A stretch of 64,000 bases of DNA from contig CM119266.1 in the NCBI GenBank assembly GCA_051294375.1, positions 25,255,731 to 25,319,730 on the forward strand, read 5' to 3'. A program made the position numbers and the translations under genes. The notes below the pieces were generated by a model. That model had not been told where the DNA came from. It saw only the letters and a list, made by a program, of their open reading frames with translations, and searched no databases. Positions 28,805 through 42,409 of the stretch are shown one piece after another; the stretch's first letter is position 1, and each line of letters starts with the position of its first letter. The DNA is from Paraspadella gotoi (lineage: Eukaryota > Animalia > Chaetognatha).

Positions 28805-29693
28805 TAAGGCGTAGTGAAAGTTACATACAAAAATTCTAAAAGTCAAGTATGAACAACATACCATCAGTGAACATTAATTTGTAAAAAAAATTAATTTTAT
28901 GTTTTTAAAATTTTGCAGTAGGCTATATTTATACATAGTACTATCCTTATAAAATTGAAAAATTTTAAAATAGGCTTTTCTTAATTTTGATTGCAGATTT
29001 GAATTCCTCTTAAAAAGTTGTTAAAAGGAAACATAAATCATTTTTAAAAATTCTTTCATTAAGTGGGTTAAAAATTTAAAAAACTATATTTAATATATAA
29101 AAAGTTAATTCTCAGCTTAAAATATAGCTTTTTTTAATTTTTGACCCACTTAATGAAGGAATTTTTCAAAAAGAGTTATATTTGTGGATAAGGCGCTACG
29201 TGGGCTGAAGATGACTGTCCGTAACTTTTATAACCCCCTCTAGCAGCCATGGAACGGGTCCCTGGGCTTGGAACCAGGCTTGAGGGTTTGCCATGCCCCC
29301 AAGGCGGCTTACGGCCGTCCTCACGCTTCCCGCAGGGTAGGTACCGGGTTGGGATTGAACCCGGTACCTAGTGGTCATGAGCTGATGACTTTACTCAATG
29401 AGCCACCGGGTCACAACTGAAAGTGTCATGATTCTCGGCGGGGTGAACCTAGGCAATGCCCGACTACATATTTCTTTTTATCAACTTTTAATGACGAATC
29501 CAAATCTTAGAAAAAACTGTTTTGAAATTTTAACATTTATTAGTTTAGTACTAGTATAAATATGGCTTACTGCATAAATTATAAAACTTATTATAAATTT
29601 TTTTATTACATAAATGTTCATTAGTATAATGTTGTTCGTTCCTTACTTTTAGAATTTTAATTAAAGTTAAATTTAGAAATTTTAATACGCCTT
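28805..29693. mobile_element. AT-rich foldback element (centre ~29105) that received the family B insertion
   Basis: Arms pair once 29183-29468 is removed, e.g. TTCATTAAGTGGGT/ACCCACTTAATGAA, TGCAGTAGGCTATATTTATAC/GTATAAATATGGCTTACTGCA, AAGGCGTA/TACGCCTT. Confidence 0.65.
29183..29468 (-). mobile_element. Short solo-LTR-like element, family B, with internal tRNA-derived Pol III cassette
   Basis: TG...CA termini (TGTAG...CCACA), 4-bp direct repeat TATT (29179-29182, 29469-29472). tRNA-like segment 29412-29340 with A box TGGCTCATTGAG and B box GGTTCAATCC. Homologous to the copy starting at 26045. Confidence 0.75.
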
Positions 29694-32016
29694 AGTATTC
29701 AATAATGGGTCAAAAATTATGTAATTCTAGTTACAAGTACTGTTGAGTGTTACATTTAATTTGCCCCATACTGTAATATCTAAATAAATTTAGATGCTGT
29801 ATTATATAGGGCATAACCTCCCAAGGCTAAAATTTGGAGAAATAATATTAAAGTTAATCTTACTTTAAACTAGTAATAAAGTATATTATTTAGACCGGTA
29901 AAGTCACCACAATTATTCTGTATAACATAGATCGATGGTTTATAAGTCAGGGACGTGATCCGGGTAATTGTATAGTACTTTAAGTTACTGTTTTTTAAGA
30001 TATACAATTTTAAAGTACTAACTGATTTATGTTGTTTGTTATACAATTTTAGCTTATGCTAGAAATTATATTTTTTATTTAAGAACTCCATAAACAGTAC
30101 TCTTTGAATACCACCATAAAGAAACCCACTAGGTTGATTATTTTAACTTTTGCAGGAGTATTAATATATATATGTAGTTGATTTTTAATTAAGATCTAGA
30201 AGTTGCATACAGAAAAGCACATTTTTATAGAAAGTAAAGCCAAAATGCTCTTAGTAAAGAAAGTAAGAAACAAATCCTCTTACTAAGAAAGAAAAAAAAG
30301 ATAGAAAAAAAATTTAAAAAAAAATTATACAATTTCGGGAGGTAAAGTAAATCACTAAAGTGATTTACAAAAAGAGAAACCGGTCGATCCTCGGGTATTC
30401 TTTCATGAACGAGATTTAATTTTCAGCAGTGCAAATTTGTTTTTGAACGAAATTCTCATTTTTGGTATGTCTGTTATATTTGCAATAGCTTACTGTTTAG
30501 AATTGTTTAATAGCGACACGGGATCACATGGCTTCTACTCCCATTCAGAAAAAAAAAAATTTAACAGTATTGTTCAGTAATTATTAACAAAATTAATTTT
30601 AAAATACATCATAATAAAAAATTAGGCCAAACTACGGATTGGTTAAAACCATCTTCAGCTATTTCTAATTATTTTGCAACTTTTAAGAAAAAAAATCTTG
30701 TCCCTTTATGTCCATTTCACTTTGGTCTTCTATTTGAATGGCAAGGAAAGTTGAGAAAAATTGTCTACATTGGATTTCGGTTTTTCTTCATCTTCTTCAC
30801 CCCTGAGTAAATTTATTTCCTTATATCATTCATAGTTCAACTATGATTTAATTTTAAAGTTGACAAGTCAAAAAGTCGCAGTTTTAGTTTTTATTATAGT
30901 TTATTAAACAAAAATAGTTTAAATTGACTGAAACTAACAGAAAATATAGTCTACAGAATAAGCTTTTAACCCCTACAAAATTATCCAAAAAACTTAATTT
31001 GTTACTTTTTGGGAGTTGCATTTATTTTTAATAAAGATAAGATTTTAAATTCATTTTATAGTTAATTAATTAATTAATAAATCAATTAACAGATGACGTA
31101 TATACTGACATTAATAAAACAAACAAAAAACCGCATCCTTTTTACCTAATGGAAAGCGTCAAGATAATTTGTCTCAGAGTCTGTCTCAGTTGGTCATTGG
31201 TCAGCGGCCAGCCACATTGAGGTGGTTAGTGGTTACTGTGGTTAGTGATTGGTCAATGGTCAATGGTCAGCTGTCAGATTATTTGAAAAAAAAACAAAGA
31301 CCAATTAGATCTAGCATGAAAGTAACGACGTTAAAATTATATCTTATTTTCTACTTTACAAAGTTCTAAATCGAACCTCGCAGTTAAATCGCTAACTTTC
31401 TAGGAAAAAAGAAAAAAGTACGTTTTAACTCCATTTAATCTTAATTACATTCTGAATATAATTATGATCTGTACAAGATTTTTTCAACCTCGCAACAACT
31501 AGTCAAATTAAGAGTTTTTTTCTTAATGCATGTTTAATTTATTAAAAATATTTATACTTAAAGTAACATAATTAAATTTTACAAAGTCAGCAAGTTAGAT
31601 ATTTACATTTACCGATAAGACAGCATGAGATCGCCAAACACCAGTGAAAAGAAATTTTAAAAAAAGTAAAAGATTATATAAATAACCAGACCGATCGAAT
31701 TAACGTAGAAAAAGCAGGCTCCAACACCAAAGAAATACTGAACTGGTTTAGATGCTCCTTTGATATTCCTTTCAAGGAAATCAAACGAAAAACAGATCAT
31801 GAAACTGAATTAACATTTTGAAAATATTCAACTTATCATAAATAAAGAAAGATTTAACGAGACAACGAAACAAGAAATAGAGATATCTAAGAGATATCTG
31901 AAATTCCGATGTAACAAAGAATGACTAGTTAGTAGTTATGTAATATGTATATCAGCCGTTGGTCGACATTTTAAACTAATCTAATTATTAAATCACTTAA
32001 AAAACCCCTTCCAGCT

Positions 32017-35000
32017 TTATTTCTTCTTACTATTTTCCAAAATGGAAATCAATTCTTGCAAACCGTCGATATCCTCATCCACCAACTCCCTCTTTTCCTC
32101 CTCATCTTCGTCCCACTCCTCCTCATCATCATCCGCCACGCCTTTCTTCATCATCCTCTCCAACGCCTCCCTCTTCACCTTCCCCAGCGCCTCCAGTATC
32201 GCCTCCTGGTCGTCCTCGTCGAACTGCTTCAAAACTTTCGCCACTCGTCTCAGCTTGAGCGTCTCCGCCGCCTCCCGCTCCGCCTCGAAGATCTTGTCCA
32301 CCACCGCGGGCGAGGGTTCGGAGGCGACCTCGTCCGACTGCTTCTTGACGTGCTTCGCTCCGCCGGGCGTTTGGTAGCCGTAGAGGATGATCCTGTAGCT
32401 GACCAGTTTGCCGACGAGGTTGCCCTTGTTGAGAATCTCGAGTTTCCACTTGCCGCGTCCCTTCTCGCCCCATTTCCTGACGGTCATGAAGGTGAAGTCG
32501 ATGTCCGAGTGATGATCGTGCTCCCGACGGGACAGCAGCTCGCTCACGGTGCCGGCCGGCGAGCGGAGACGCAGGACGAGATCACCGCGTCGTCCGTGCT
32601 CGATGACCAGATGAAGCTGAACGTGCTCGAGGGTGTCGACGCGGTTGTTGTCGTCACCTGCGCAGGCGTTGACGTCTTGCTCGAGAGTGATTGATCCATT
32701 GGCGGGGATCATCTTGTTGGGCTCTTGGATCTCCGATTTGCAGATTCTGTGCGACGGGACGTTGGTCCAGTTGAGCGCGAGCTGCACCATCTTTCCGCAG
32801 TCGAGGAGACCGAAGCCGAACTTGTCGTTGATGTGGAATCCGGCGCCGTTGATCTCCCAGCCTCTCGTCTCCTCGTCGTTGGGGATCCGTGCCGAGCGGA
32901 CGATGATGTGCTGCACGTCGCGCCACCCGAGGTTTTTGTTGGCGCAGAGCGTCAGAGCCGCGCAGCCGGTCGCCAGCGGAGCAGCGGCCGACGTGCCCTG
33001 AAAGTTCTCAACGCAGCCGCCGAAGATGTCGGTGGAGACGACCTTGATGCGCGGACCTTTCATCCACTTGAGATCGTCGCGGTTGTGCATCCCGCCGGCC
33101 GGCACCACGGCCATGGTGGACGGGCAGAACTCCATGAAGTAAGTGGAGAGGCCAAACTCGTTGACGGAGCCGATGGAGATTGTGTAGATGGAGGAGACGT
33201 AACCGTCGGCGCCGCAGTCGTCGCCATGGAGACCGCCGTTGCCCGACGCCCAAACGAATATGCTGCCCTTACCGTCGCGGCCCTTTTCGACGGCCCGTTT
33301 GAAGGCGGCCGAGGTTAGGCGGCCGGGAGCTTCCATCGTTTCGCCGTTATCCTAAGATGAGGATTTACGTTTTCTTGTAAATATTTTCAATGTATTTTTT
33401 TCAGTATTATATTCATGTTATGTTGATGTAAGAAATTCTAAAATAATTTTCCATAGACTAATAGTAAAATTAATAAATTCTGAACTAAAACAGATTCTAG
33501 TAACGCATACTAGACTATAAAGCGTTTTTCTCGAACTGTTTTTTTTTTCAACGCAAAAACGCAAAAAAACGCCGCTCCCTCACCTTGGGTCCCCAAGAGG
33601 CCGAAAAGATGTCAACGTATTCGTTCTTGAAATTGACGGCCCGAGCTTCAAGTCGGTCGGTGATTTTACCATCCAAAAGACGAATGCCCCCCACCTTATC
33701 AGAAAGGAGGAAGAGGTGCGTTTAAGGGAGGGATGCAAAATATTTTATATTGGTCACTCAAGCGAATGGACCCACTTGTTGGCTTTAAATGCTCCACCGT
33801 TTTATTTATTAATGCTCAAACAAAATTAATTTATAACTACGTCCATTTCGTAAATTTATTTAAAGAATTTGAAAACGTGAATAATAATTATAATAATAAT
33901 AATATATTATAATATAATAATAATANNNNNNNNNNTAATAATATAATAATATATAATATATAATAATTAAAATCAAAAATAAGAACCAAAAAAAAAAAAA
34001 AAAAAAATTCGAAATTTAATAAAAATATAATAATGATTTGGCCTGATTTCATAATAATAATATGTCAAGGGCGAGAAAGCTTATTTTATACTGGTCGAAC
34101 CAATTTCATGACCATATCCTGAATATTAGTTACGTCCTAACGTGAACTCACTTTAGCCTCGGGCGCCACGCCCACCCCGCAGATGCCGTTGTTGGCCTCC
34201 ATGGCGATCTCCCCGGCGCACTTGGTCCCGTGGTCGTTGGAGGGATCATCCATGCGCGGGACGGGATCGTCCGTGGCCAACTTCCGGTTCCCGTTGGCGT
34301 CCCAAGAGGCTTTAAAATCGAAGTTGCGTCTGAGGTCGGGATGATTGTGGTCGATCCCGTCGTCCATCACGCATACCTTATGTTTATTTGAAATATAGTC
34401 TTTGTAATTCGTGCTTGATTTAATCAAAATATATTTGTCATGTTATATTCATAACTTTTACATCGATGAGCTCCATCATCACTAACCAATATCAAAGTTC
34501 TATTTAAACAAAACTAACTTTTATTTTCTCTTCTCTTCTCTTCTGATCTGTTCCGGCCTAGTCGAAATTTAAATACTATCATAAGTGTAATAAGAAGATA
34601 CTGTATATGAAAACCCACCCGTCCAAAACCCACCTTGACCCCCGCGCCCATGATTCCTCTCTCCCAGGCGGGCACGACGTTGAGATCCATGCCCGCGTCG
34701 CCGCCCGTCTGTCCCACGTCACACAGATACCACTGATCGTTAAAGTTGTCGTCGTTAAAATCTGGACACTCCTTTCTCACTCCGCGCTTCCGTTCCATCT
34801 GCCCCTGAGGCACGCGGTAGAAATCACCCTTAAAGGCACGCCCTTCGTACTCTAGCGCCTCTCGATCGAAATCGCGCCATCTATTACGCTCGCGCTTCTC
34901 CTCGTCCTCGAGCTCTTCGGCTTCCGCTTCCGCCCGCCGCGCCGGCAAGAAGCCCCGCTTGACGCGCGTCAGGAGGCGTTGACGCTCCACGTAGGTGACG

Positions 35001-35314
35001 CGCCGATCGCGCCGGAGTCTCTCCAAGTGACCGACGGCGTCGCGCCGGACGCGGCGCCGGCGCCTGGCCTCGACGTTGTCTCGATGGACCGAATAGTAGT
35101 CGCCGAGAGAAGGAGAAACGACGCCGCCGAAGCGGAGACCGTTTTCGGCGGCGACGCCACGCGCCGCCGCTTCGCCGCCGGGGACTTCGATGACGAACTC
35201 GTTCGTGAAGACGTCGCTGGACGACGACGACGACGACAACGAAGACGATATGAAAGCAAGGACGAGAACGAATACGAAACCAAGGCCGGGTCTTTTTTCT
35301 GTCCGCGTTGCCAT
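32017..35314 (-). CDS. Subtilisin/kexin-like proprotein convertase, most like neuroendocrine PC1/3; 4 exons, ~783 aa
   Basis: Exons 35314-34634, 34376-34152, 33694-33584, 33351-32017 (all phase-0 introns, 2352 nt). Has a signal peptide, a prodomain ending RVKR, catalytic Asp (VMDDGIDH), His (NDHGTKCAGE) and Ser (GTSAAAP), oxyanion Asn (WASGNGG, so not PC2) and a P-domain with RRGDL. No Cys-rich or TM domain (so not furin/PC5). The C-terminal amphipathic helix LQELISILEN resembles PC1/3. Confidence 0.92.
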
Positions 35315-35754
35315 AGCGACGCGCGCGCTTACCGCCGGGGCGGAACGAACCCCGCTCCCGTTTCCTTGGATACTTATAGTCGTTAAGCTACTAACAGGCG
35401 GTCGTTAAAAACGTTTTATTTCCTGGAAAGAAAAGAAGACAGTCGTCAGTCAAGTTTTAATGTCAGACATACTGGATGTACTTCGTTAATATCATACTGA
35501 AAATTTCACTTCTGTAGTATTTTTTTAAAACAGAAATTGACGTTTGCTTGCGGGGGGAAAAAAATGAGAAAAAATTGGATGTTTCCATAAAGCTTTGTCA
35601 CATTGTCTCGTTTATGCTAATGAGGAAAGTACAAGAAGTCAAGGAACCAACGTAAAACCCGTCCGACCAGTTTGAAGGTTTTTTTTTCTTGTACGAGTTG
35701 AGACAGAACAAATGAACAGAGCGACGAGGACGAAGACGACGACGAAGACGACGA

Positions 35755-35789
<35 letters not shown>

Positions 35790-35972
35790 TGGCAGGATCG
35801 AATCCTGTTCGATTACAAATGCGGGGAGCAGCAGGTTTCGGACGCCCAGAGCCAACGACACTGGGGCCTTTTCATATCGGATCGAAACTGGGAGAAGGAT
35901 TGGTTGTTTGTGTGTGGTGTGAGAGAGAGACAGAGGACGACGAGAGAAGAGAAGAGAGAGAGAGAAAGAGAG

Positions 35973-36025
<53 letters not shown>

Positions 36026-38941
36026 CGAGAGAGATTGTGGGGGCGCGACTGTGTTGTTTACGTCGAAAATATCGAGAAATAAACTGAAAGGTTTTTATTC
36101 TTTTATCATTTTTGTTATCCTCTCGTAATTGTTGTCTCTTCTCTCTCTCTCTCTCTGCTCTCTCCTCTCTCCTCTTTTCTCTCTCTCTATCTGCACTCAT
36201 CTCTCTCGTCTCTCTCTCTCTCCATTAGGTTGAAGAAACAACGCGTACGATTCCTCCTCGAAATTAAATTAAAAATAGTTGAAGAATAAAAAGAACGACG
36301 ACTACAATAACGACGACAACGACGACGACGACGAATTCAAAGCAGACGACGAATATGACGACAAAAAAGTAGACTGCGGACAATGACGTCATAAATCCTC
36401 ACCCGGACGTCGCAAGAGGCGTTTCACCCCAGAGTCAGTTCAAACGCCCAAAACCTTTTGATTAATTAACTTTTGTATGATGTTATATTGTTTTCTTTCG
36501 GGTAAATTGTCAAATTATAGTTTCATAAAAGAATATAAAAAAGATAAATATTTCGGCTTAAACACACTTTTTTTTACCTTTTTGACCCGCACTATTTTAC
36601 ACCATTTTAAATAGTATTGTCTATTTCAAAAAATTTCGACTTCGCTTTAATATCATCTTTAGTATCTACCTACCTATTAATAAACTAGTGTTTACTTGAT
36701 CGAAACCATAACAAAACTCTACTCTACCAAAGCTTGAAATCTTCTCTGGCAACCTCGTTTCAATCCCCAAATCTCACCCTTTCCTTGACGAACTCACCCG
36801 GGCAATACTAGATCCAGCCTACCCCCGTTTCGCAGCTCAGCTCGGAACCTTGCTTACTGGTTAACCTTCGGTAAATTATGTTGTCCTGGTCGATGGAGTC
36901 GACGTCCTCATGGTCGTCGTCATCGTCGTCGTCATCGTCGTCGTTTCAAAGTCGCAAACGAGGTGGGAGTCGAAGACCAAAACACAACGAAGATCCGGAA
37001 ACAAAAAAAAAACAGCCGACAAATGAAGAAAGGGAAAAAAGTTTTTTGTTTTGTTTTTCTTAAAACAAATTCGTCTCAAAATGCGGGAGAGAGAGAAAGA
37101 GAGAAGGGTGGTAAATTTGGAGTTAATAAGTGTGCGTTTGTTTATTCGGTGGGAAAAGAAAGATTTTATGACCTTACCTTTCTACTCGGCAGGGTGACTT
37201 TTCATACTCAAATTAATCTTCCTTTTGTGATCACGAAAACCCAAAGCGTTTCGCCACAACAACGACGGAGACAGAGTGTGAATCGGGGCTATTCACACTA
37301 AAGAACAAGATGGATTGCTTGGTATCCAAGCTTTTCTGATCTCCGTTTGTTGTGATCCTGTGGAATTTATATACAGAGGGGCTAAAAGAAAGCGAAAATA
37401 GAGTTTAAGGAATTGATGTTAAGGGCAAAACGACGCCACCAAGTGGAAGTGGTTAAGATTTAAAATTGGCGAACAAAAGGACACGAATCGATTTATTGAA
37501 ATTGGCCAAATATATAATTATAATTCATGTGACATTGAAAGAAAAAATTTATTTTACATACGTTAAATAAACAATGCTAAATTATAACTAAATAAGGAGA
37601 AGTTTTGCGAGCGGGAGCAAAACAATTTCCTAGTAAAAATTGGAATTCGTAAAGAATTCGTTTGGCGTTTTTTTTCCTCTAATAATACTTAAGATATAAT
37701 TCTTGCGATTACGATTAACACTTAAAGTGACACTACTAACTTTTTAACTTAAAATGTATTTGACTCTCAATAAAAAAGGATGGAATCCGTCGTACTTTTC
37801 GCCGGTTCCCTTAGTTCCCTGTCCCCTCGCAACAAGAAAAAAAAATCAATAAAGGAGAATCGAACCCGGGACCATTTTCTCTTTCCCTCCTACGATTCGA
37901 TTCATCGTTTATGATGTTTTGGTGACGAGGAGAGGAAAGAAAAAAAAAGAATGGCGTCGGTGTCTCTGTCTCTCTCTCTCTGTTTCTCCTTTTATTCTCA
38001 ATCTTCGGTCTCTCTATCTCTCTATCTTTTTCCGTCTTTCTTTTTTTTTCTCCCTCTTTCCTTCTCTTTATCTCTCTTTTTCTCGCTCTCTCTTTCTTCC
38101 GAAAAGTTATGCGGATTTGGTGGTCTCGCCTGTAAACATTAGCGGATTTCCAAAAAAAAAAAAGAAAGAAAAAAAAGAAAGAAAAAAAAAAGAAAAATGA
38201 TGGAGCGATAGAGGCGTCTCGGTTTCCGGTTCCTTTTCTTCTTTCTCTTTCTTCGTATTTTTCTTTTTCTTATTCTTTTTCTTTTTCTCCTTTCAAATTT
38301 TTTATTTATATTTCATTATATCATCACTCCTTTTGTGACGCATGGATGAGGGAGTTTCAGTTCCTCGAATAGAGTGAGGTAGAATTTCCGGGAAGTCGTT
38401 AATCATCCGAATTTAATATTTTTTGGCTAAATCGTTTAAAGGTAGAGAACCAGAATATCTATCATTTTGTTGCTGTATTTTACAACAGTTAAGAGTTAGT
38501 TGTTTTTTCGAGTTGAAATTATTCATATATAATAATAATTCAAGTGAATTAAAGCGACATATGTCTTTTAACATCGTCGACTTTTTAATCTTACACTGAA
38601 TTACATTGGAAGCATTTGCATAAGCAATATCAGAGAGATACAAACATGATTTCCCAGCCGTCGGCATCTTTCCATCTGTCGACTCGAAATCAATTCAACA
38701 AAAAAATAATAAATGATTAAATTAATGATTTTTTTTTCTCTTTTTCCTTTTTTTTTTCTTCTCAGCGTTGGCGTTCGACCGCCGCGAATTTTTAAATTGT
38801 TCGTTCGTTTTTCTTTCCAATCGCGAAATTAATTTCTTGCAATCCATTCATCTCATCCCAGGAGCATTTCTCCCTCTTATCTCTCTCTCTCTCTCTCTTC
38901 TCTCGTCTCTCTCTCCTCTTCTCGTCTCTCTCTCTCTCTCT

Positions 38942-38972
<31 letters not shown>

Positions 38973-40744
38973 CTCATCCACCAAACCATCCCTAATCTGT
39001 CCACGTGATATGGGGTCGTTGTTATTGTCGATCAGTAAGTCGTCGTCGTCGTCATCGTCGTCTACGTAGTTGGGGTCATCCAGTCATCGTCGTCGTCGTC
39101 GTCGTCGTCATCGTCGTCGTGTCGGTTGGGGTAATGCTCAATCGTCAACGTAATCAAATCTCCGACTTATATTTTTTTCAGTTCTTTTTCTGTTGAGACA
39201 GATAAATTGACCATTGTGTCATAAACACTAATGAGTTTTAAATTAACTAGATCGGTTCATCCAATGGGTAGCGCCGAAATGACTTTCTTTTCATGTGTAT
39301 TTTCCTGTGATTACATGTCTTTATGACTAGGAAATTAATGTATTACAAACGTCTTATGGTTGATCACTAATCTGCAAAGTTTCATTTCAAACAACAGACA
39401 TTATACACGAAATATGCCGCATTAACTTTCTGATCACGTGACCGTAGTTTGTCATCTAGAGAGAGATGCCTTGGTAAAGTGGCGCACTCTAACTCTAAGG
39501 ACCTTTTATCTCTCTTACTCATTAGCCATATTCTATTTACTTCATTTGATTTTATTCACTTATTGATTCATTTATTTACTCAACTTTCCATAAGTTGAAC
39601 ATTATCTACTCTCCATAAGCTTCATACATAATTTGCCTTGGGATTCCGATACTCGTCCAGGTTTTATCTTGTTGCAATTCAATCGCGGTCGGCGATATTT
39701 TTTTCGATACAAATACGAATAGATCGCGCTGATTGTATTTGATTGTATTTTCAGTCACACGAGACAGAGCTCGGTCTCACCCGAGATGGATGAGAGAGAG
39801 AGAGAGCCTTTTTTTTTTCTTTTTCCATTTCCGCATTCATTTCTGTTTTATTTCTGCCTCGCGTCTTTTGTTTTATTTTTCAATTTATCTTTTCACTTTT
39901 TTTTTACTTCCCTTTTGTTTTTTTTCTTTCCTCTCGGCGTCCCACGGTTTCCTTGAAAACGATCAGAACCACGGCGGCAAAGAAGTTAAGAGAGGGAAGG
40001 GTGTTGGGGGGTGGCAGAAAACGATGGTCGGGTTTGGAGGAAGTCGGGGGATGCAAAGGGGTGGCGGGGTGCTGAGGATTGGTGGGTGCTGGCTGGGATC
40101 GAATCTAAAGAGGAAGAGGAAAGGGGATAAGATCATGCCGCGACTTTATAAGACCATTTTAACGTTCATAATCCATAAATGTTGATAACGTATTAATATT
40201 CATAAACATGTATTTATAAATATACATTATTTGCTGGGGACTGATATCGGTTTTCGCCCTCGAGGTTCGAAGGTCTGACGCGGATACATTTTCTCGGCCG
40301 AGAGGACTTTCGTCGCTGCCGCCCTCGCTGCTGCCGCCGCCGCCTCTCCCGACATGAGTAGAGGGAAAGTAATAACGTCAACAAACAATAACAAACATTT
40401 ACAAGCAGGAATTCGATTTGAGCTGAGGAAAGAAAGGGAAAATGAAAGAAATTTAGAAATAAAAAAAAATCTTTCAATATTATTCATCAATCAATCGATC
40501 CTATTATTTATAATAATATATTTTTCGTTGCAAACTCGATAAACAACGAAACGGAAGCTTTTTCCAGCTTATGGCATAAATTATGCAATATATCTCTCTA
40601 GATATACAAAGTAAATATTAGAAAAGGAGTTGTTTTTAGCTGACCAATCGGAATCACGCTCAACGTCCAATAAACAAATCACGTTCAATGTCCATCTCGA
40701 TTTCCTCTCATTCTTTTCTCTTTCGTCGTCGATGGTCAAACATC

Positions 40745-41392
40745 GGAACGTGTTCGTCGTCGTCGTCGTCGTCGTCGTCCGAACCCTTGGCCACTAGTCT
40801 CAAGTTCGCCGCGGACTCGTCCTTGTCGTTATCCTTGTGGCGATCGTCGTCGTCGTCATTCAACCCCATCGCCACAAGTCTAAAGTTTGCTGAGGACTAG
40901 TCATTGTCGTTATTTGACATCTTTATTGCTAGTCTCAAGTTTCCCATGGACTCGTCCTTGTCGTCGTCTTTGTGGCGATCGTCATCATCGTTGTTTGACC
41001 TCTTTGCCGCTAGTCTCAAGTTCACTTCGAACTCTTCCTTAAGGCAATTGCCGCTCGTCTTAAATTCGCCACGGACTCGTCCTTATCATCATCTTTGTGG
41101 CAATTTTGTCATTGTTGTTTGACCTCTTTGGTGCTAGTCTTAAGTTTGCTGCGGACTCTCCCTTGTGGCGATTATTGTCCTTGTCATCTGACCTCTTTGA
41201 TTTTAGTCTCTAGTTCGCCACGGACTCGTCCTTATCATATTTGTTGTTTGACCCCTTTGGCACGAGTCTCAAGTTTGCTGCGGACTCTTCCTTGTGGCGA
41301 TCATTGTCATCGTCGTCTGACCTCTGCCTCTAGTCTCTAGTTCGCCGCGGACTCGTCCCTGTCGTCCTTGTGGCGATCGTCGTCGTCGCGTC
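40745..41392 (-). repeat. Degenerate tandem repeat (~55-80 bp units, ~9 copies) with peptide-like reading DDDRHKDDDKDESAANLRLAAKRS
   Basis: The core GAGTCCGCGGCGAACTTGAGACTAG recurs on the minus strand. In-frame TAGs and frameshifts are present. Confidence 0.75.
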
Positions 41393-42140
41393 GGTCCTCG
41401 ACGTGAAGGAGGCGTTGGAGTTTGTTTTTGTTTTGTTTACTTTGGTCTGAGTCCCATCTTCCCGCGTCCCGCGTCCCGCGTCCCGCAGGGCCGAACCGCC
41501 GCGCCGGAGATTCTGTTTCGTCTGTTTTGCTTTTCTCGTTTCCCGGTTTTTTTTTCGTCTTTTTTTTTTTCATTTTTATTTTCAAGGAGAAAAGGGGCGC
41601 TTGTCTGTATCGGTAGCTCCGTCGGGCGCTTAACGGGTATGAGGAGGCGTTTGAGAAAAAAGTTGTTAGGATTGGATTTATAGAAAAAGGGTAACACATT
41701 ATATGGTTTGGTATTTATCTTTTTATAACTGAAATTTTGCAGAATTTACGACACTATTCCAAAAAAAATTCTTGCCGACCAATTTTAAATTGAACAAAAA
41801 TATTTAACGTTTTGAAGACAAGATTGAAAAATAAGAGAATAATTGTAAATATGCTTATATCTGCATCTGTATATTTCTGACTGGAACTAGTCTTTTGTTA
41901 ATTTTTTTTGTTTCTCTCGCGTCCATCATCGACTTGGCGGCGCCACCTCCGACGCTTTAATCTCACTTTTCCCCCAGAGACCGAAATTCCTTTCAATTTC
42001 TTTTGTTCTTTTCTTTTCTTTTGTTTCTTTTTTTTTTTCTGTTGCGCTTTTTTTGTTTCTCTTTGTTCATTTGCGATTGAGTATTTTAACTATGGTTCAT
42101 GGAAACGCGGTCGTCTTTCTCTCTCTCTCCTCTCTCTTCT

Positions 42141-42183
<43 letters not shown>

Positions 42184-42371
42184 CGTTCTCCCTTCATCAT
42201 TCGCACAATAGTAAGTCCACAAGAAAGTCATCTTTACGCGTGATGTTCCTTTGCGAGTCTCTCTCTCTCTCTCTGTTTTTTGTCTCTTTTTTTCCCAGAC
42301 AGCTTCTCCCTATATTTTTTTTTCATTTTCCAACTTTGATGCGAGCCTTTCTCTCTCTCTCTCTCTCTCTC

Positions 42372-42409
<38 letters not shown>

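Noticed and set aside
29380-29425. CTGATGA...GAAA in family B suggesting a retrozyme hammerhead
   Set aside because: There is no closing stem II pair and the second copy reads CTGATGG. The segment is better explained as the antisense of the tRNA-like cassette.
32042-33318. Long plus-strand ORFs overlapping the convertase
   Set aside because: Antisense shadows of a GC-rich coding exon.
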